DNA from: a virus
Lineage: Duplodnaviria > Caudoviricetes
Virus record (IMG/VR): IMGVR_UViG_3300010052_000216
Location: 9,352-73,351 of that record
Length of the DNA: 64,000 nucleotides
Reading direction: 5' to 3' (one strand)
The translations under genes were made by a program, and so were the position numbers. Below, one piece after another: positions 57,835 to 64,000 of the stretch (within the stretch, counting starts at the first letter, position 1; every line of letters starts with the position of its first letter). Under the pieces are notes generated by a model that was not told where the DNA came from, did not search any database, and saw nothing but the letters and a program-made list of their open reading frames with translations.

Positions 57835-59121
57835 CAGCGCGAAGTGCGTTGGCTGGTCGAGTGACGTGCTGTTGAGCGCTGCCACTGGTGTCTCAGCTAG
57901 CGTAATTATACCCGCGCCGGGTTGGGTTGCCATCACTTGGGAACTCGCCGCGCGATTTTTTCTCGCGCCGGATTTGCGTCTGGGATGAATGCGCAAGAGA
58001 TCGTGCGCCACCAGCACGTCGCGCACGGCACGGCGATCCACGGCCGCTTGCTGGTCATGCGTCAGCAGTGTGTCGAGCGCGAAGTCGAACTGCGCGCGCA
58101 CCAATCTTCGTTGTTGCTCCACTGCCTCGATGAAGGCGGCTCGCTCGACCGGTACCAGAGACGCACGGGTTTGCCACAACTCGTCAGCCGTCGGCCCCTG
58201 CCAACCGTGCGGTCGCGTCAACTGATTGGCCCAGGCAAGCGCCGTGGCCGCATCTTCACAGGTCGGCCCTGCCGGACGTTGACGATAGCGCGCGGCGGCT
58301 TCCTGGTAACTGGTTAATTGGCCATTGGCCCGCTCGACTCCGCCGTTGTATTGGGGATGGCGTTTGGGCGAGAAGAGCGGCACTACTTGGTACTGGGCCA
58401 ACAAGTCCTTGGTCTCGTCAGCCCGGAACTGCCCGCCGTTATCGCTCTTCATTACCAGTGGTGGTCCGTACTTTAGGAACAGCGCTTCGTATTGAAGTTG
58501 AACTGCTTCGGCGGTGGCCGACTCCAGCGGTTGCCAGAGGATTTGCGCCCGACTGGCGAGATCTTTGATCGACAGGATCCAGAAGTAACGTCCTTCGAGC
58601 GGCTCCCGTCGTTCTTTGAAGTCCGCTGCCCAGACGGTCCCGGGGCGCAGCCATTCCAGCCAGCTACACCGGCTCTCAGCTTGCCGGCGCTGGAGCTGTT
58701 TAAAACGGCGACAGACATCGCTGAGGTCGAAGCGCGCCAACTGCGGGAAGGCCGACCGCACCGCCACCAACGGAGTCGCGGAGCCGTGACGTTCGAGGAA
58801 CCGCGCGACTTCGTTGCGATCCGCCCGGGTGGCGCAGCGCGGTGGTCGCCCGCGTAGCGCTGGTTCGCTCGCCGCTGCTTGTTGTCGCCAACGCCGCGCG
58901 GTCCGTTCGGCGAGCGGCAACTCTCGCGTGACGCAGGCCATCGCCAAGCCTCGGGCCCGCACTGCCTGGCACACCTCGGCGGTGCGAACTCGGACGTCTT
59001 GCTCGGCGCGGCGGCGCGGTTGCTGAGCGCCGCATTGGTTCCGGCGGGCCAAGGAGTGTTCTTGGCAGCGCGGAGTTATTTCGTGCGCGGGGGGCGTGTC
59101 GCCGTTTAGCCGGGACTTTTT
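57766..59121 (-). CDS. DDE transposase OrfB-like; frame opens at the A7 run
   Basis: WAADFKE, KSDNGGQF, NGGVERAN. The frame is open from 59121, upstream of the TTG at 59052. Confidence 0.8.
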   Translation of the reverse strand, partial: KKSRLNGDTPPAHEITPRCQEHSLARRNQCGAQQPRRRAEQDVRVRTAEVCQAVRARGLAMACVTRELPLAERTARRWRQQAAASEPALRGRPPRCATRADRNEVARFLERHGSATPLVAVRSAFPQLARFDLSDVCRRFKQLQRRQAESRCSWLEWLRPGTVWAADFKERREPLEGRYFWILSIKDLASRAQILWQPLESATAEAVQLQYEALFLKYGPPLVMKSDNGGQFRADETKDLLAQYQVVPLFSPKRHPQYNGGVERANGQLTSYQEAAARYRQRPAGPTCEDAATALAWANQLTRPHGWQGPTADELWQTRASLVPVERAAFIEAVEQQRRLVRAQFDFALDTLLTHDQQAAVDRRAVRDVLVAHDLLRIHPRRKSGARKNRAASSQVMATQPGAGIITLAETPVAALNSTSLDQPTHFALAVNQQTQEAHSSTNKSNASGQN

Positions 59122-59501
59122 TTAAACGCGCCCGTCCGCGCGACTACGTGCGGGAGTGTCCGCGCCAAGTCTCCCTGCACCGCGACCACCGCCGCTTGCT
59201 TTTCCAAGGCCTGCACGCGCTGTTGCAACTCCTGCACCTCGGCGAGCGATAAGCTTGGCTCCGTCTTGCCCGGGCGACCGGGCGAACGAGGCTCCAGGAA
59301 CTCCAGCGATTTTTGCAGCCAGGCCTGCCGCTGCGCAAAGAACCGCGATTCGCCAATCCCCAACTGGCGACACGCCTCCAACACCGTGCATTCCCCAGAC
59401 AAGGTTCGCAAGAACAACGTCATCCGCTGCTGAGCATGCGCCGATCCCTCCAATCGCTGGATCAACTCCACTCCTTGCGGCTTCCGTCCCGCCCGATTCA
59501 T
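59106..59501 (-). CDS. OrfA-like HTH + coiled-coil protein
   Basis: AGGAGG SD; TVLEACRQLGIGESRF HTH; ends in TTTAAAAAAAG. Confidence 0.8.
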   Translation of the reverse strand: MNRAGRKPQGVELIQRLEGSAHAQQRMTLFLRTLSGECTVLEACRQLGIGESRFFAQRQAWLQKSLEFLEPRSPGRPGKTEPSLSLAEVQELQQRVQALEKQAAVVAVQGDLARTLPHVVARTGAFKKSPG

Positions 59502-59527
59502 GACTAACACCTCCTGAACGAGAGAAC

Positions 59528-59564
59528 CGCGACGGACTGCTGCGCCTCGCAGCAGCCCGTCGCG
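59528..59564. other. GC-rich intergenic hairpin
   Basis: CGCGACGG-A-CTGCTGCG-CCT-CGCAGCAG-C-CCGTCGCG. Confidence 0.6.
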
Positions 59565-59585
59565 CGGTCATTACACGCACCGTAC

Positions 59586-60128
59586 TTAAACATCATTCCC
59601 CGCGGTTGTCGAACTACTCGGTTCTGCTTCCGCAGTACCACTACTCAACGTCGCGAGCAACTGCACGGCCTTCAACGCCCGCACACTCGGACGGCGCGCA
59701 CGCCGTTTTCGTGAACCAGCTGTGGGCTGCTTGTCCGCAGCGGAACTTGTCCCCTTGGCCAGACTCTTAGCCGCCGGCAACACCAACCCCAACGAACGTT
59801 CCGTCGCTCGCACCAACGCCTGTTGCCGATCACACTCGCGCCGCAACCGCCGATTTTCACGTTCCAGGATCGTCAGCCGTTTCGAAGCGTCGGCCCGCGG
59901 ACCGCGCGGAGCCGGCTCGCACGCCGAGAGCAGACCCAACAGAGCCCGCCGCTCCAGTTGATAGTAGCGCGGCAACGAGGTCTGTAAGACTTGCGCCGCT
60001 TCCGCCGGTCGCCGGACGCCGGCCAAGACTTCCAGAATGGCTGCCGCTTGCCGCTGCGCTGCCGACGCCAAGACAGGCGGAGCGGAACTTTGTTGCGGAC
60101 GCACCTTTTTGGGCTTTGCTTCTTTCAC
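59586..60128 (-). CDS. Second HTH + coiled-coil protein, paralogous to OrfA-like
   Basis: PAEAAQVLQTSLPRYY HTH; LERENRRLRRE coil; GTGA overlap with the upstream transposase. Confidence 0.8.
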   Translation of the reverse strand: MKEAKPKKVRPQQSSAPPVLASAAQRQAAAILEVLAGVRRPAEAAQVLQTSLPRYYQLERRALLGLLSACEPAPRGPRADASKRLTILERENRRLRRECDRQQALVRATERSLGLVLPAAKSLAKGTSSAADKQPTAGSRKRRARRPSVRALKAVQLLATLSSGTAEAEPSSSTTAGNDV

Positions 60129-61783
60129 AAGACACCTCCCGTCGAATCGCGAGGTAGATCGGCCGCCGACGGCAACACTGTCGATTCGTTGCTGCTTGAA
60201 CTGGCTGCCACACCATCATACCAAGATTGGCCCGGAGCCAGCGACGCGAGTTCTTCTCCCGCGCTGGCCGGAGCCGCGTGTGGACAAAGAGGAACCGCCG
60301 CGTCCCCGGACGGTTCGGCTGGCACCGCGGGCGGACCGACCAACTCCACCTCTTGCCGCGGTTGACCCGGGCGCGTCAGGATCACCCGCTCGCCTTCGGC
60401 ATGCACGCTAAAGGGTTGCCCCGCAACTTGTCCCGTCACATAAAACGGCGAGCGTGGTTGACCCTGTCGTGCTAGCTCCAACGCATTCGCCGCCACCCGT
60501 TCCTTAAGAGTCTTGAGCACCGCCGGTGCTGCCCGAAAGAAGCGATCCGCTGGCGTGAGTCCCTCGCAACCTTGATGCGGACGCTGGAAGTTGTAGTGGT
60601 CGATGAACCAACCAATCCGCCGCCGCGCATCTTCCAAGTCCAAAAACACCGCCCGTTGCAAGCACTCGCGCCACAGCGTTCCCCAAAAACGCTCGATCTT
60701 GCCGAGCGTTTGCGGATGCTTCGGCCGTGACACCACTTGCCGAATCCCCTGTTGCTCCAACTCCTTACTAAACTGGCTTTTACCACGCCAGGTGATGTAC
60801 TGCGGACCATTGTCCGTCAGGATCTCTTGCGGCGGACCATACGAAGCAATCGCCGCGCGAAGCACCTCCAGCACCAGCGCACTCGAGGCGCTGGCATGCA
60901 ATCCGTATCCAACCAAGAACCGACTGTGGTCATCCATGAAGCCGACCAAGTGCAGTCGCCGATTCTGCCGCTTCAGCACAAAGGTGAATAAATCGGTTTG
61001 CCACAACTGGTTGGGAGACGCCCGTTCAAACCGTCGCTCTTTATCCGGATGAGGCCGGGTGGCCCGCTCTTCCATTTGGTAACCCGCCTCATGCAGCACG
61101 CGCGAGACGGCGCTCGCACTCGCCGCCAATGCCGGGCCGCGCATCAATTCATCGCTGATCCGTTGGCAACCCCACTCGGGATGCGCTTGTTTCAACATCA
61201 CGATCGTCCGCTTGGTCACCTCCGGCAGCTTGCTGCCGTTGCTCGGGCCACGCGGATGTTCCGACAACCCCGCTGGTCCATGCTGCGTAAACCGCTTCTT
61301 CCACAGATAAAGCGTGTGCTTCGACAAGCCCACCAGCGGCGCAAAATCCCCCGCCGGCAGACCGCTCCGCTGCCACGTGTCGAGAATCAACAGCCGCTCG
61401 TGCGGCGAGAACGGCAGCCGGACTTCCTCCGGCTTCACCAACTTGCGGCCTTTTTGGCCGTCCCAGCCCACGCGCGGCTGCGGAAGTTTTACACCACCTT
61501 GCCGCCCTGGCGAGGTCGGCTGCTGCGGGCCATACATCACACCCTTGGCCGGGGCCACCGAAAAGTCTTCTTCGGCAAACTCCTCGGACTCCTCGTCAGC
61601 GCTCTCCTCGCCTGCGCTGACTGACTCCGCTAGCACTTCGGGGTCTTCCTCGTCCGTGAACTCGTCCGATTCTGCGGGCCACGACTCCGCGGGCAACATG
61701 CGGCCCGGAGCATCTTCGAACTCGCGCCACTCACTCTCGTCACGATCCTCATCCTCATACTCGTGTGACATCTCAAGCTCCAT
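60125..61783 (-). CDS. IS481-like DDE transposase with acidic N-terminal extension
   Basis: HTH VGLSKHTLYLW; WQTDLF, LTDNGPQY, GKIERFW, YNFQRPHQG. Confidence 0.9.
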   Translation of the reverse strand: MELEMSHEYEDEDRDESEWREFEDAPGRMLPAESWPAESDEFTDEEDPEVLAESVSAGEESADEESEEFAEEDFSVAPAKGVMYGPQQPTSPGRQGGVKLPQPRVGWDGQKGRKLVKPEEVRLPFSPHERLLILDTWQRSGLPAGDFAPLVGLSKHTLYLWKKRFTQHGPAGLSEHPRGPSNGSKLPEVTKRTIVMLKQAHPEWGCQRISDELMRGPALAASASAVSRVLHEAGYQMEERATRPHPDKERRFERASPNQLWQTDLFTFVLKRQNRRLHLVGFMDDHSRFLVGYGLHASASSALVLEVLRAAIASYGPPQEILTDNGPQYITWRGKSQFSKELEQQGIRQVVSRPKHPQTLGKIERFWGTLWRECLQRAVFLDLEDARRRIGWFIDHYNFQRPHQGCEGLTPADRFFRAAPAVLKTLKERVAANALELARQGQPRSPFYVTGQVAGQPFSVHAEGERVILTRPGQPRQEVELVGPPAVPAEPSGDAAVPLCPHAAPASAGEELASLAPGQSWYDGVAASSSSNESTVLPSAADLPRDSTGGVL

Positions 61784-61788
61784 TGCTT

Positions 61789-61869
61789 GCGGCTAAACCG
61801 CAAAAAACGGAAGCGATTCCTCCACCTATTTAAGCCCTGCTAGCGGCCAAGATTTTGGGAAAGGGGACA
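61789..61869 (-). repeat. Right terminal inverted repeat
   Basis: Core TGCTAGCGGCCA at 61838-61849; ends GGGGACA at 61869. Confidence 0.8.
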
Positions 61870-61973
61870 GTGATCATGGGTTTGGCAAGTCGCCAAACAA
61901 AACGAGCCGACAAGGTGGTGGAACACCTGGCCGGCTCTAACCACAACCAGTCCTTCTAGTGAAAGGGCCAATC

Positions 61974-62501
61974 ATGGCTACGGTCGATTCTAGCACTCCG
62001 CGCCCAGCGCTCAATGTCGAGAAAGAACTCGCGGCGCTCGAGCGGATGACGGTGAACCAGCTCCGGGGCAAATACCTGGAGATCTTTGGCGAACCGACAA
62101 ATTCACGCCACAAGCAATGGCTAATCAAGCGTACTATCTGGCGAATGCAGGCGAACGCCGAGGGTGATCTCTCGGAACGTGCACGGCGGCGGGCCCTGGA
62201 ACTCGCCAACGACGCCGATCTGCGGATGATGGCTCCCCGGGTGAAAAAGCCGAATCCCGAGGCCGTCGAACGAACTGTCACCGTCGCGACCACGATTCAG
62301 CCTTCGACCGATTTGATGCCCGGGATGATGTTGCGTCGGGAGTACAAAGGGCGCGCGGTCACCGTGCTGGTCTTGGCGGACGGCTTTGAATTCGAAGGCG
62401 AACACTACAAATCTTTGACGGCCATCACGCAAATCGTGACCGGCAAGCACTGGAACGGGTTTCATTTCTTCGGCTTGCGAAAGAAAGCGGGTGTCCAATG
62501 A
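61974..62501 (+). CDS. DUF2924-family protein, second copy
   Basis: Differs from 32580-33107 at only about 8 of 175 residues. Confidence 0.9.
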   Translation: MATVDSSTPRPALNVEKELAALERMTVNQLRGKYLEIFGEPTNSRHKQWLIKRTIWRMQANAEGDLSERARRRALELANDADLRMMAPRVKKPNPEAVERTVTVATTIQPSTDLMPGMMLRREYKGRAVTVLVLADGFEFEGEHYKSLTAITQIVTGKHWNGFHFFGLRKKAGVQ

Positions 62502-64000
62502 AATCCCTAAAAAAACCACATGAGAAGCCAAAAGTATTTCGCTGCGCGATCTATACCCGCAAAAGCACCGAAGAAGGCCTTGAGCAGGAATTCAACACCC
62601 TCGATGCCCAGCGCTACGCCGGCGAAAACTTTATTCGCAGCCAAGAGGAAGAAGGCTGGGTTTGCCTACCGGAACTGTACGACGACGGCGGGTTCACCGG
62701 CGCAAACATGGATCGCCCGGCGCTGCGACGTCTGTTGGCCGACATCCAAGCGGGCAAGGTCGACTGCGTCGTTGTCTACAAAGTCGACCGCTTGAGTCGT
62801 AGTCTGCTAGACTTCGCCCGGATCATGGAGACCTTCGATCGACACAAAGTCTCGTTCGTCAGCGTCACTCAGGCGTTTAACACGGCATCGTCGATGGGGC
62901 GTTTGATCTTGAACGTCCTGTTATCCTTCGCCCAGTTCGAACGCGAAATGATCAGCGAACGGACTCGGGACAAAATCGCCGCCACGCGCCGCAAAGGCAA
63001 ATGGTCAGGCGGCATGCCGGTGCTGGGCTACGACGTTGTGCAGACCAAACTTGTGGTCAACGAGGCCGAGGCGGCCATGGTGCGCCAGATTTTTGAACTG
63101 TACCTGGAACAACAGTCAGCCTTGGCTGTTGTCAAAGAACTAGAACTCCGAGGCTGGCGCACGAAGTGTTGGACCACGCGAAAAGAAACGGTACGAGGCG
63201 GACGGCCGTTCAATCGGAACTCGCTCTACGAGTTACTCACCAACAACGTGTACATCGGCAAAGTGCGTTACAAGAACGAAGTGCATACGGGCGAACATCA
63301 GGCCATTGTTGACTTGGAGGTTTTCAACCAAGTGCAAATGCTGTTGCAGCGAAACGGCCGTAATGGCGGCAAGACGGTGCGCAACAAGCATGACGCGCTC
63401 TTGAGGAATCTGCTGCATTGCACCGCTTGCAACTGCGGCATGAGCCACTCGTACACTACCAAGGGAACTCGGCTATATCGCTATTATATTTGCAACTCGG
63501 CCCAGAAACGTGGCTGGGAGAGTTGTCCGTCGCCGTCGATACCCGCGGGCGATATCGACCGTTTTGTGGTGGATCAAATTAAGGAAATTGGTCGCGATCC
63601 GAATTTGCTAGATGCAGTGCTGAAGAAGGCTCTCGAGAGTTCCGAAAAGCAAGTCTCGCATATAAAAACCGAACTAAGTTCGTTACGCAGCAAGGCACTG
63701 GTGTGCCATGAGGGCGAAGCTAGAACCGGGGTTGGGCACACGGAGCAGAGGATTGCCGCGCTGGAGGATGAGCTGCGGGCTCTAGATTCGCAAGTCATCG
63801 GCGACGATGAAGTCGAAAGCGCACTAAAGGAATTTGCTGAGACGTGGAATTGCCTATCATCGCGTGAGCAAGGTCGAATCATCTCGCTACTGGTCGAACG
63901 CGTCGCCTATGACGGGCTGGCGGGGAAAGTTTCTATCGCTTTGAGATACACGGGAATCTCGGGTCTGGCTGTTAACAGTTGCGAAAAGGCGTCCTCATGA
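62498..64000 (+). CDS. Large serine recombinase, second copy
   Basis: Colinear and highly similar to 33104-34606; AIYTRKS intact. Confidence 0.95.
   Translation: MKSLKKPHEKPKVFRCAIYTRKSTEEGLEQEFNTLDAQRYAGENFIRSQEEEGWVCLPELYDDGGFTGANMDRPALRRLLADIQAGKVDCVVVYKVDRLSRSLLDFARIMETFDRHKVSFVSVTQAFNTASSMGRLILNVLLSFAQFEREMISERTRDKIAATRRKGKWSGGMPVLGYDVVQTKLVVNEAEAAMVRQIFELYLEQQSALAVVKELELRGWRTKCWTTRKETVRGGRPFNRNSLYELLTNNVYIGKVRYKNEVHTGEHQAIVDLEVFNQVQMLLQRNGRNGGKTVRNKHDALLRNLLHCTACNCGMSHSYTTKGTRLYRYYICNSAQKRGWESCPSPSIPAGDIDRFVVDQIKEIGRDPNLLDAVLKKALESSEKQVSHIKTELSSLRSKALVCHEGEARTGVGHTEQRIAALEDELRALDSQVIGDDEVESALKEFAETWNCLSSREQGRIISLLVERVAYDGLAGKVSIALRYTGISGLAVNSCEKASS

Larger units (their letters stand above)
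57754..61869 (-). mobile_element. Four-ORF transposon with two DDE transposases and 81-bp imperfect inverted ends
   Basis: Ends TGTACCCC / TGTCCCC; shared blocks TGGCCGCTAGCA, GGTGGAGGAAT, GCTTCC, TTTGC; GC-rich relative to the left flank; no target duplication. Confidence 0.8.

Overview
The window is a mosaic of integrated mobile DNA. The host is probably a Planctomycetota bacterium; this is inferred from a LEERQVLA planctomycete extracellular motif, two PEP-CTERM proteins and RFxLKSFF-type membrane anchors. About 1-41.9 kb is a lambda-type prophage-like element. It has a protease-capsid fusion, portal, GpA terminase, a ParB-methylase, a primase/helicase/RusA/DUF669/AAA replication operon, its own sigma-like factor and a DUF2924-serine recombinase module. 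No tail genes fall inside the window. Its cargo includes a PEP-CTERM adhesin, a SacI-like R-M pair, an FRG protein and a Gabija system extended by DUF6602 and AlbA_2 genes. About 41.9-64 kb holds further accreted DNA: a decayed recombinase, three effector/LRR-immunity-like pairs, a MntA/HepT pair, IS scars and a second near-identical DUF2924-recombinase module. Signals not visible in the ORF track: (1) a 4.1-kb TG...CA transposon (57754-61869) with 81-bp imperfect inverted ends, two intact DDE transposases, two paralogous HTH proteins and a probable frameshift; (2) a type II hammerhead ribozyme with a GUC site and pseudoknot at 16492-16551; (3) a GGACA-N16/17-GTAGTT motif ahead of the head, replication and recombinase operons; (4) a 255-bp structured direct repeat 9012 bp apart; (5) an exported peptidase, a 44-aa membrane peptide and a CGPC thioredoxin directly after the head genes. 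All family assignments come from motif recognition by eye; no database search was run.
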